Below, one piece after another: positions 30,422 through 38,748 of a stretch of DNA of 64,000 bases (position 1 is its first letter; each line of letters begins with the position of its first letter). The stretch lies in the NCBI GenBank assembly GCA_024275165.1, contig JAJRZQ010000038.1, positions 17,474 to 81,473 of the forward strand, read 5' to 3'. Under the pieces are notes generated by a model that worked only from the letters and a program-made list of their open reading frames with translations, had not been told where the DNA came from and did not search any database. Origin of the DNA: a bacterium (GTDB lineage: Bacteria; SAR324; XYD2-FULL-50-16). The position numbers were made by a program, and so were the translations under genes.

Positions 30422-32074
30422 ATGAAAGCATCTGACTTATTTGTAAAATGTTTGGAAGAAGAAAAAATCGAATATATTTTTGGAGTACCGGGAGAAGAAA
30501 ACGCGGATTTTATGATTTCTTTAGAAAAATCCAAAAAAATTAAATTTATCCTAACCCGCCACGAGCAAGGCGCCGCCTTTATGGCAGAGGCCTATGGCCG
30601 CCTCACGGGGAACCCGGCGGCCTGTTTGGGCACCTTGGGCCCCGGGGCAACCAACCTAATCACCGGGGTTGCCGACGGCAATATGGATCGTGCCCCCATG
30701 CTGGTTTTAACGGGCCAAGGCTCAACGGATCGTTTGCATAAAGAATCCCATCAAATCATGGATGTGGTGGGCATGTTTCAGCCGGTCACCAAATGGGCGA
30801 CCACCATCCGTCACCCCCACGCGATTCCGGAAATCATTCGCAAGGCGGTGCGTTTAGCTCGCACCGAAAAGCCCGGCGCCTGCCATATCGAGCTCCCCGA
30901 AGACATCGCGAAGATGGAGACAGACGCCCTGCCCATGCTCCCTCACCGCTATTTGCGCAGTGTCCCCGATGTAAAGGTATTAGATCAAGCTTTTGAAAAA
31001 ATTAAAGAATCCTATCGGCCCGTCATCCTAGCCGGGAACGGCTGCATTCGAGAGCAGGCGAGCGCGCAGTTGAGAGAGCTTTGTGAGCGCACCCATATTG
31101 GGGTGATCAGCACCTTTATGGCAAAGGGCTGTGTGGATATGGACAAAGACTACTGCCTTTTTACCATTGGGTTGCAGGCCAAGGATTTAATCTCGCAAGC
31201 GATTGAGCAGGCTGATCTGGTCATCACTATCGGCTATGATATGGTGGAATATCATCCTAGCTTATGGAACCGTAAAAAAGATAAACCAATCATTCATATC
31301 GACTTTTTACCCACAGAAATTGATGAGCATTATCATCCGGAAATCGAGGTTTTAGGAGACATCACCCATGCCTTGTCCATGCTCGGCGACCGCTTTGAGG
31401 CCAACAGCGAACTGGGTTTTGATCTTACCCCGCACCAGCAGGTGAGAGAAAAGATTTTTACAGAGCTGGACGCGCATATGTTTGATGATACCCAGGGGAG
31501 CCTCCGCCCGCAAAAGGTTTTATGGGATGTGCGCAAGGCTTTGGGGAGAAATGATATTTTGCTTTCCGATGTGGGGGCGCATAAGATGTGGATCGCCCGG
31601 CATTACCAATGTTATGAACCCAATACCTGTTTAATCCCCAACGGGTTTTGTTCCATGGGTTTTGCTTTGCCCGCGGCCATTGGGGCGCATTTGGTTCACC
31701 CTGAGCGCAATATTTTAGCGATTTGCGGCGATGCGGGATTTTTGATGAATGTGCAGGAGATGGAAACGGCCTCGCGCCTCCAAGCGAACATCACCGTAAT
31801 GATCTGGGAGGATCAGGCCTACGGCCTCATCGCTTGGAAGCAGCAAGCTCATTTTGGGCACCATACGAATTTGAGTTTTACCAACCCCGATTGGATGCAG
31901 CTTGCTCAGTCTTTTGGCTGGAAGGGGCATTTAGTGGATCAGGCTCCCGCGTTAAAGGGGGTATTGGACAAGGCCTTAAGGGAGTCGGGGCCGAGTTTGA
32001 TCGTTCTCCCCATTGACTATAGCGAAAACATGAAACTCACAAAGAGATTGGGGAAAATCGCCTGCCCTATTTAG
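30422..32074 (+). CDS. ThDP enzyme of the acetolactate synthase large-subunit family; likely 2-oxoglutarate decarboxylase (OgdA-type)
   Basis: FGVPGEEN, RHEQGAAFMA, TLGPGATNL, ESHQ, SDVGAHKMW.ARHY.C..PNTCLI.NGF, GDAGF, YGLIAWKQ and DYSEN. Divergent from the SSADH gene; no ilvN/ilvC nearby. Confidence 0.75.
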   Translation: MKASDLFVKCLEEEKIEYIFGVPGEENADFMISLEKSKKIKFILTRHEQGAAFMAEAYGRLTGNPAACLGTLGPGATNLITGVADGNMDRAPMLVLTGQGSTDRLHKESHQIMDVVGMFQPVTKWATTIRHPHAIPEIIRKAVRLARTEKPGACHIELPEDIAKMETDALPMLPHRYLRSVPDVKVLDQAFEKIKESYRPVILAGNGCIREQASAQLRELCERTHIGVISTFMAKGCVDMDKDYCLFTIGLQAKDLISQAIEQADLVITIGYDMVEYHPSLWNRKKDKPIIHIDFLPTEIDEHYHPEIEVLGDITHALSMLGDRFEANSELGFDLTPHQQVREKIFTELDAHMFDDTQGSLRPQKVLWDVRKALGRNDILLSDVGAHKMWIARHYQCYEPNTCLIPNGFCSMGFALPAAIGAHLVHPERNILAICGDAGFLMNVQEMETASRLQANITVMIWEDQAYGLIAWKQQAHFGHHTNLSFTNPDWMQLAQSFGWKGHLVDQAPALKGVLDKALRESGPSLIVLPIDYSENMKLTKRLGKIACPI

Positions 32075-32118
32075 GGAACTTCTTAAAAAACCCATCTTTG
32101 GAGTTTTTCAGAGTTTCC
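32075..32118. mobile_element. 44-bp minimal MITE-like element (terminal repeats only)
   Basis: GGAACTTCTTAAAAAA...TTTTTCAGAGTTTCC; flanks TTAG and TTAA; begins immediately after the TAG stop of the upstream gene. Confidence 0.65.
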
Positions 32119-32365
32119 TTAAACTGTTTTTGTAGGTTTTAAAATTGGGAATTGTAATCGTTTTTACTGTAAAATTATTTTTTTTAAGTATATTCTTCTA
32201 TTTTTTCAGTTGGTTCAGGGCGGCTTTAAAAAAAAAGATGCAAGTCCAATATTATTTGTGTTACCTCTTAAGGTAAGTTGGAATCGGTTCCAGCCTGATT
32301 TGCGAGACCGTTATAGAACCACGGTGCTTAAAGATCCTGCTTTTTACTTTTTTTTTGCTAGAACG

Positions 32366-32638
32366 ATGAATATTTATGTTGGAAATTTGCCCTATGGGGT
32401 AGCGGATGCTGATCTTCAAGATATTTTTGAAAAATACGGCGCCATTGACAAGGCTAAAGTCATTATGGATCGTGAATCAGGTCGCTCAAAGGGCTTTGGT
32501 TTCGTAGAAATGCCCAATGACGACGAAGCTCAAGAGGCGATTGAAGCCTTAGACGGTTACTCGGTCCAAGGCCGCAGCCTCAAAGTGAATGCTGCTCGTC
32601 CTAGAGAAGGTGGTGGCGGCCCCAGAGGGAATCACTAA
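32366..32638 (+). CDS. RRM (RNP-1) RNA-binding protein
   Basis: MNIYVGNL (RNP2), SKGFGFVEM (RNP1) and a Gly-rich tail. True start is ATG 32366. Confidence 0.93.
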   Translation: MNIYVGNLPYGVADADLQDIFEKYGAIDKAKVIMDRESGRSKGFGFVEMPNDDEAQEAIEALDGYSVQGRSLKVNAARPREGGGGPRGNH

Positions 32639-32935
32639 ATTCATTGTCGCGGATTGAATTGCCGGGGTGAGCGGTTGACTTTTGGTTGGACTTACTTCCC
32701 CGGCATTTTCCTTGTTTGCGGCCCCTGGCGTAAAGCTTTTGTATCTCGCTTTGCGCTAATCAATTATATTCGCTAACAAGCTATATTGTTGCGCCAAGAT
32801 GTAACCTAATTGTTGTATTGAGTAGGTTATTCTTTTCTTGTCGTTTTTTGCTTTGTTCCCAAGGCAAGTCAGGTGGATTTGTCCCCTGGATGAAAGTATC
32901 TTCTTGCGCCTTTTGCGCCTTCCTTTTTTTTTAGT

Positions 32936-33529
32936 TTACGCTAAGTTTGTCAGCCCCAAGCCGCTAATCATCTCAATGAGCAGGCAACTCGGCAAGCCCG
33001 TTACGCTATGGGGGTCTCTGGCATCAATCTCCGTAAAAAGACTGAGCCCTAAACTTTCAATCCGGTAGGCCCCACAGGCAAAAATCGGGTTGTCCGCTTT
33101 TAAATAAAAGTCGATTTCCTTTTCATTTAAAGGGCGCATGGTTAAATAAGCCTCATCCAGTCGCGTCATACGACGACCTTTATAGATCATGCTCAAGCCG
33201 GTTACAAGGCGATGTTGCCTCCCCTGCAATCGCTGAAGCTGCCCCTTGGCAACCGCTAGGTCCCCCGGTTTGCCCAAGACATCGTAATCCAAGACGCAGA
33301 GTTGATCGGCCGCGATAATCAAGGCGTTGGGGAAATCCCGCGCAAGGCTTTCCGCTTTGCCCCGGGCCATTTGCTGCGCATGGTCTTCCACCGAACCATC
33401 GTCAAAGGGGGTCTCTGTAAACCGCGGGGTGATCACTCGATGGGCAATGCCCAATTGAGTTAAAATATCACTGCGCCATTTCGCGGTGCTGGCCAAAACG
33501 ACTTGTTCCGCTCTCAAGGGTTGGGGCAT
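32936..33529 (-). CDS. Maf-family NTP pyrophosphatase (YceF-like)
   Basis: LASTAKWR, KAES, AADQ, LGKP and GAYRIE; the W/Q/E signature matches the YceF subgroup. Confidence 0.85.
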   Translation of the reverse strand: MPQPLRAEQVVLASTAKWRSDILTQLGIAHRVITPRFTETPFDDGSVEDHAQQMARGKAESLARDFPNALIIAADQLCVLDYDVLGKPGDLAVAKGQLQRLQGRQHRLVTGLSMIYKGRRMTRLDEAYLTMRPLNEKEIDFYLKADNPIFACGAYRIESLGLSLFTEIDARDPHSVTGLPSCLLIEMISGLGLTNLA

Positions 33530-33662
33530 GGTTTTGTCGATTATTTTAGGTTTGTCAATAGGTCCTAGCTTTGATCTTAATGCCCTTGTTCCCCTTCGTC
33601 AAAGGCTGCCTGAGGATAAAAAGAGTTTGTAAATCACCGAGATTTCGTTCAAAATAAGTTTA

Positions 33663-33873
33663 GGTACCTCTGAAAAACTCCCTGCCTACCGCTTGCTCAA
33701 GCGGTAGGCTCGTGTTCTTCGGGCTGATTATAGCCCTGGGGGCGCGTCAAGTTTTTCAGTCTTTTCGGTTGTGAATAAAATCCACAACCTCAACGCGAAT
33801 CAATAAGTACCACTTTTTGATTTGGCAAGGCATCCCTGCCTTGCTGGGAAACTCCGTGTTTTTCAGAGTTTCC
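33663..33873 (+). mobile_element. MITE-like element, 211 bp (copy 3)
   Basis: GGTACCTCTGAAAAA...TTTTTCAGAGTTTCC; TTTA on both flanks. Confidence 0.85.
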
Positions 33874-33929
33874 TTTATTCTTTTTAATCTAAAGCAAAGG
33901 CGGATTTGTTCTCCTTTTGACCGGTTGCC

Positions 33930-34199
33930 ATGATGAATCAAGTTTTTCTTTTTTTGCTAGCCTGTTTACTTTGGGCTTCTCCTCTTTTCGCGGTCGAGAA
34001 AATTTCCACCCTAACCGATGGCAGTGTCGTATTTCGTTGCGAGTACAAAGGCAAGGACTATAAAGTCCGGGTTAAATATATGGGGAATGGGGTTTATCGC
34101 GTTCTGCGCAGCGATCAAGGCACGGTTGCCTTTTCGGGTGAAACCAAGGCGGTCAACTATGGCGAGGCGGCGGCGGTAGGTTGCGGTAAGCCTCAGTAA
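33930..34199 (+). CDS. Small secreted protein (signal peptide, two Cys)
   Basis: MNQVFLFLLACLLWASPLFA signal peptide; ~68-aa mature part; lies between two MITE copies. Confidence 0.7.
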   Translation: MMNQVFLFLLACLLWASPLFAVEKISTLTDGSVVFRCEYKGKDYKVRVKYMGNGVYRVLRSDQGTVAFSGETKAVNYGEAAAVGCGKPQ

Positions 34200-34274
34200 C
34201 CCTTTACCCTGAGTGTCGGGGTTGGTTTATAGACGGGGCCTTCTCCTTTGTTTTTTATTCCTCCATTGAATTAA

Positions 34275-34449
34275 GGAACCTCTGAAAAACTCCTTGCCTA
34301 CCGCTTGCTCAAGCGGTAGGCAAGGAGTTTTTCGGTCTTTTCGGTGGGGAATGAAATCCACAACCTCAAGGCAAATCAATAAGTACCGCTTTTTGCTTTG
34401 GCAAGGCATCCCTGCCCTGCTGGGAAACTCCGCGTTTTTCGGAGTTTCC
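34275..34449 (+). mobile_element. MITE-like element, 175-bp variant (copy 4)
   Basis: GGAACCTCTGAAAAA...TTTTTCGGAGTTTCC; flanks TTAA and TCAA; lacks the internal GCCCTTCGGGC..GCCCTGGGGGC module. Confidence 0.85.
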
Positions 34450-34501
34450 TCAAGGATTCATTTATATTTTTTTGTGGAGCGCTTAAATTTATTTTGCCTT
34501 T

Positions 34502-34520
34502 TATACCCTACCAGGGTATA
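34502..34520. promoter_or_regulatory. CsoR operator palindrome
   Basis: TATACCCT-ACC-AGGGTATA, 20 bp upstream of csoR; matches the TACCC-Nx-GGGTA pattern of CsoR operators. Confidence 0.8.
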
Positions 34521-34540
34521 GTATAAACAAAAGAGGTAAA

Positions 34541-34810
34541 ATGAATCCTGATCACCGAGAACAAATTCAACGACTCAACAAAATCCAAGGGCAGGTCAAG
34601 GGCATTGTGCGCATGATCGAAGAAAAACGATATTGCATTGATATTCTCAATCAGATCAAAGCCATTGATAAAGCCTTGCAGAAAGTCTCGCGGGGCGTGA
34701 TGGAGCGGCATTTAAACCACTGCGTTCAAGGGGCGATTCAGGCCAAAGACCAAGCGCAGTCCTCTGAGAAAATCGCAGAAATCATGAAATTGTTGGACAC
34801 CCAAAAATAG
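34541..34810 (+). CDS. csoR: Copper-sensing repressor CsoR
   Basis: RLNKIQGQVKGI, YCIDIL.Q and HLNHCV (C-H-C ligands); upstream of copA. Confidence 0.9.
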   Translation: MNPDHREQIQRLNKIQGQVKGIVRMIEEKRYCIDILNQIKAIDKALQKVSRGVMERHLNHCVQGAIQAKDQAQSSEKIAEIMKLLDTQK

Positions 34811-34819
34811 GAGGGTAGA

Positions 34820-37285
34820 ATGAATTCAACCGCAACCGTAAATACAACCGCGACCCTGATTGTCGAGGGGATGACCTGCGCCTCTTGCGCCGGTCGGGTT
34901 GAGAAGGCCGCCTTAGCTCAGGCAGGGGTCGTGCAGGCACAGGTTAATTTAACCTCCAGGGTCTTGCGCCTAGAACTTTCACCGGAGTTTCAAACCATCA
35001 ACTCTATTGTTGAGGCGGTGCAAACCGCCGGGTACTCCGCCCGCTTGCCCAAAAAGCTTTCTCGAGCGAGCTTCAAGGTAGAAAAAATGAGCTGCGCAAG
35101 CTGCCAATCAAAGGTAGAAAAGGCGGTAGAAGGGCTAGAGGGCGTAGAGCGCTTTACGGTCAATTTGATGACCAAGCGGTTGAATCTCGATTATAACCCC
35201 GAAGTCTTGGACTTAGCCGCGGTGAGCGCCGCGGTGGAAAAAGCGGGTTATGGGCTCAGCGACTCGCAGAGCCAAGATGTGCAAGAACAGATGATCCCCG
35301 GCTTTGCCGCCGAGTTTGCCACCTACGCGACCCAGTTTCGCTGGAGCCTGATTTTTAGTCTCCCCTTGCTGGTTGTCGCCATGGGCCCTATGCTGGGTTT
35401 AACCTTGCCGGGGTGGCTTTCCCCTGATGTGAGCCCCTTAACCTATACCTTAACCCAGCTTGTCTTATTGCTTCCGGTGTTGTGGGTGGGGCGCGATTTT
35501 TATTTGGTCGGCTTCCCCCATCTTTTGAAGGGAGCCCCCAACATGGACAGTTTAATCGCCCTCGGCACGGCCAGCGCGGTTTTATTTAGCCTCTATCACA
35601 GCTGGTTGATCTGGCAGGGGCAGGCTCAATTCGCTCACCAGCTCTACTATGAAACCGCTGGGGTGATCATCACCTTGATTCTTTTCGGCAGGCTTTTAGA
35701 GGCTTTGAGTAAGGAAAAATCCTTTAACGCCTTAAAGGAACTCCTTGCCCTGCAATCGGATCAGGCTCGCCTCATCCTAGAAGGGGAAGAGCGACTGATC
35801 CCTCAGGTAGAGGTGATTGAAGGGGATGTCTTGTTGGTTAAATCAGGGGAAACCATTCCCGTTGATGGACTGATTTTAAAAGGAAAAGGCGCGGTAAACG
35901 AGTCCATGATTACCGGCGAAAGCCTGCCTTTGGCAAAGGAAAAGGGGGACGAGGTGATCGGGGGCTGTATTCTGGCCGAGGGGCTTTTAGAGATTCAAGC
36001 CACTCATGTGGGGCAAGATTCCATGCTCGCTAAGATGATTCATCTAGTGGAAGAGGCGCAGTCTTCTAAAGCTCCCATTGCCCGCTTAGCTGATCTGGTC
36101 GCCAGTTACTTTGTTCCCGTGGTGATTCTCATCGCTATACTGAGTGGCGGTTATTGGGCCTTGGTCGGCGCGGGAACCGTTTTTTCAGTGAAAATCTTCG
36201 TGGCGGTCTTGGTGATCGCTTGCCCCTGCGCCTTAGGCTTGGCTACGCCCACGGCGATTTTGGTGGGGACCAGTCGAGGGGCCCACCTAGGGGTTTTGAT
36301 CAAGGGGGGGGAATCCTTAGAGCGCCTCTCTAAGGTTCAGGCGGTTGTTTTGGATAAAACAGGCACTCTCACCCTTGGCGAGCCTGAAGTAACGGGGATT
36401 TACAGCGAAACCGCGGGAGAGGAAATCTTTTTGTTGGGGATGGCGGCAAACCTGGAAAAAGGTAGCGAGCATCTTTTTGCTCAGGCAATTGTAGACCATG
36501 CCCAGGTAAAAGGGCTCAACCCCAATCCGGTCGAGGAGATCGAAATCCTCCCCGGGAGGGGGCTTAAGGGCTCTTGGCAAGGCGCTCATTACCTTTTGGG
36601 AAATGAAAGCTTGATGAAAGAGCAGGGGGTTTTTACCACCCCACCCCCAAAGTCGGCCGGGGAAATGGCAGCCGGTCACAGCTTGGTTTATCTAGCGAGA
36701 GAGGCCCAACTCTTGGGCTTTTTGGCCCTGCGTGACGCACCCCGAGCCGAGGCGAAACAAGCGATTCAAAACCTGAAAGATTTAGGCATGACCCCCTATA
36801 TGCTCACTGGGGACAAAAAAGAATCCGCGCGGGAGATCGCTCATGAAATGGGGATTGAAGAGATTATTGCCGAGGTTTTGCCAAGTGAAAAATTGGATAA
36901 AATCAGAGAATTACAGGGTCAGGGCTTGAAGGTGGCCATGGTGGGCGACGGGATCAACGACGCTCCCGCTTTAACGCAAGCTGATGTGGGCATTGCCATG
37001 GGTTCCGGCACCGAGGTCAGTATGGAGTCGGCTCAAATGGTTTTGTTGGAATCCAATCTTTTAGCCTTAGCCCGCGGGGTGCGCTTGAGCCGCGCCACCT
37101 TGCGCAACATCAAGCAAAATCTCTTTTGGGCCTTTGGCTATAATGTTTTGGGGATTCCTCTCGCTGCGGGGGTTTTTGTTCCCGCCTTTGGCATCGCCTT
37201 AAACCCCATGATCGCGGCTTTGGCAATGGCTTTTAGTTCGGTTTCGGTGGTGGTCAACGCGCTACGGCTCAATCGGTTTCGTTAA
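34820..37285 (+). CDS. copA: Cu(I)-exporting P1B ATPase with two HMA domains
   Basis: MTCASC, MSCASC, TGES, CPCALG, DKTGT, SEH, GDGIND, YN and MAFSS motifs. Confidence 0.95.
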   Translation: MNSTATVNTTATLIVEGMTCASCAGRVEKAALAQAGVVQAQVNLTSRVLRLELSPEFQTINSIVEAVQTAGYSARLPKKLSRASFKVEKMSCASCQSKVEKAVEGLEGVERFTVNLMTKRLNLDYNPEVLDLAAVSAAVEKAGYGLSDSQSQDVQEQMIPGFAAEFATYATQFRWSLIFSLPLLVVAMGPMLGLTLPGWLSPDVSPLTYTLTQLVLLLPVLWVGRDFYLVGFPHLLKGAPNMDSLIALGTASAVLFSLYHSWLIWQGQAQFAHQLYYETAGVIITLILFGRLLEALSKEKSFNALKELLALQSDQARLILEGEERLIPQVEVIEGDVLLVKSGETIPVDGLILKGKGAVNESMITGESLPLAKEKGDEVIGGCILAEGLLEIQATHVGQDSMLAKMIHLVEEAQSSKAPIARLADLVASYFVPVVILIAILSGGYWALVGAGTVFSVKIFVAVLVIACPCALGLATPTAILVGTSRGAHLGVLIKGGESLERLSKVQAVVLDKTGTLTLGEPEVTGIYSETAGEEIFLLGMAANLEKGSEHLFAQAIVDHAQVKGLNPNPVEEIEILPGRGLKGSWQGAHYLLGNESLMKEQGVFTTPPPKSAGEMAAGHSLVYLAREAQLLGFLALRDAPRAEAKQAIQNLKDLGMTPYMLTGDKKESAREIAHEMGIEEIIAEVLPSEKLDKIRELQGQGLKVAMVGDGINDAPALTQADVGIAMGSGTEVSMESAQMVLLESNLLALARGVRLSRATLRNIKQNLFWAFGYNVLGIPLAAGVFVPAFGIALNPMIAALAMAFSSVSVVVNALRLNRFR

Positions 37286-37290
37286 AACCA

Positions 37291-37342
37291 TTCATCCGGC
37301 GTGGATATGGTTCCTGATTTCAAAAAACCACTGCCGGATGAA
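37291..37342. terminator. Stem-loop between convergent copA and UGPase genes
   Basis: TTCATCCGGC ... GCCGGATGAA 10-bp outer stem. Confidence 0.4.
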
Positions 37343-37350
37343 CAAGGGGG

Positions 37351-38745
37351 TCACAACTCACCGATTTCAATATTCCCCGTGAGTACCTGGTTTTCCAACC
37401 GAGTGCCACGGGGAAGGTGCAATTTCCCCTGTTGGCTGACTAAAATCACATTGCCTTTGAGCTCCATTTCTCGGCCAAACCAAACATCCCCCACCACGGT
37501 GAGTAAATCCAAATCCAATAAATCGGGAATCTGCTCAAAGCGTTCTTGATAGGCCGCGTAATCCCTAAAACAATCCCCCAGCCGGATCAAAGGCAGGTTG
37601 CTGAACTGCCGCCCCGGATGCCGCACCAACACTCCATCCATGATTTCAAATAAATTCGATTGCACCAAAAGCAGGTCATCGGTCTTTTTGACCGGCAAGA
37701 ACCGATTTCTCGGCACCTGAATCGCTTTGGAGTCCGCCCACCAATTGATCGCGCTGCCCAAAGCCGTTTCGAGTTGAACCACCGGAAAGCCTTGGATGGT
37801 CTTGGAGTTGGTTAAGACCTCTCTTGTTACCTTGCCTTGCTCCAGCCGTGTTTTCAGCGCCTTGAGATTGATCCAAATATTGTTGGTGTTAAAAATCTTA
37901 AATTTTAAGACGCTTTTAAATTCCTCACGGTGCTCTTTGGGAACCTGAGCAATCTCCAACAGATTTAAGGGATTTTGCGGGGTTTGGACGAGGGTGCCTC
38001 CTTTGACATCCGCGCGGGTCTTCGGGGTGACCTCCATCAAAAAGGGGCACTTTGATTGCTCTAAATAGGCTAATATTTTTAGGTCAATCGAGGCCCCTAG
38101 GTTATCGGAATTGGCGATGAAAATCCATTCCTTTCCCTCTTGGAGCAATTGGTCTAAAATCCCCGAGGCGGGAAAGGAATCATAAAAATCCCCATGCCCT
38201 GGAGGATAAAAACTATCCTCTCCAAAGCGGGCCTTGGCCATGGGCATAAAGCTGTCTCTGCGCAGGCGAGGGAGCCAGTTTTGCTTAAAGGTGTGAATTT
38301 GTAGATCCCCCGCGTATTTTTGGATGATTTTTTTGGTATCTTGTTCCGTGTTTTGGCTGTTCATTAATACCAAAGGAACCCGAGCCTGATATTTTTCGTT
38401 GAGTACCTTAATTTGGGTTACCGCCAGGTCCATAAACGAGGCGCCATCGCGCACCTCAATCGCCGACTTGGGGCCCACGCAACCCATGCTGGTTCCCAAG
38501 CCCCCATTGAGCCTGCAAACGGCCAGTTTTTTCAACAGTCCTTGCGCCTGGAGGCTGGAGGGCTCATTGAGGTTTGGATAGTCTAAAATCCGCTGTTCTT
38601 CAGGCGGTTGGATTTCATTCCAGAGCAGAGGTTGCTCTTTTTGCTTTAAAAAACGGCTGTAGAGGTCGCGATAGAGTTGAATATCGTTTTGCCTTACCTG
38701 CTGTGCCACTAAAAACTGCTCGATCTGTTTAAAGTCAGCTGTCAT
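37351..38745 (-). CDS. UTP-glucose-1-phosphate uridylyltransferase of the eukaryotic UDPGP (UGP1-like) family, not GalU
   Basis: LNGGLGTSMGCVGPKS, LMNS, YPPGHGD, NSDNLGA, KTRADVKGG, FKIFNTNNIW, QLETA, RFLPVK; C-terminal beta-helix region LTVVGDVWFG. Confidence 0.9.
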   Translation of the reverse strand: MTADFKQIEQFLVAQQVRQNDIQLYRDLYSRFLKQKEQPLLWNEIQPPEEQRILDYPNLNEPSSLQAQGLLKKLAVCRLNGGLGTSMGCVGPKSAIEVRDGASFMDLAVTQIKVLNEKYQARVPLVLMNSQNTEQDTKKIIQKYAGDLQIHTFKQNWLPRLRRDSFMPMAKARFGEDSFYPPGHGDFYDSFPASGILDQLLQEGKEWIFIANSDNLGASIDLKILAYLEQSKCPFLMEVTPKTRADVKGGTLVQTPQNPLNLLEIAQVPKEHREEFKSVLKFKIFNTNNIWINLKALKTRLEQGKVTREVLTNSKTIQGFPVVQLETALGSAINWWADSKAIQVPRNRFLPVKKTDDLLLVQSNLFEIMDGVLVRHPGRQFSNLPLIRLGDCFRDYAAYQERFEQIPDLLDLDLLTVVGDVWFGREMELKGNVILVSQQGKLHLPRGTRLENQVLTGNIEIGEL

Positions 38746-38748
38746 ACC

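Noticed and set aside
9252-34449. Repeats as a CRISPR array or integron attC sites
   Set aside because: The copies are dispersed and about 200 bp long with TIRs. There is no repeat-spacer periodicity, no RYYYAAC/GTTRRRY ends and no cas or integrase gene.
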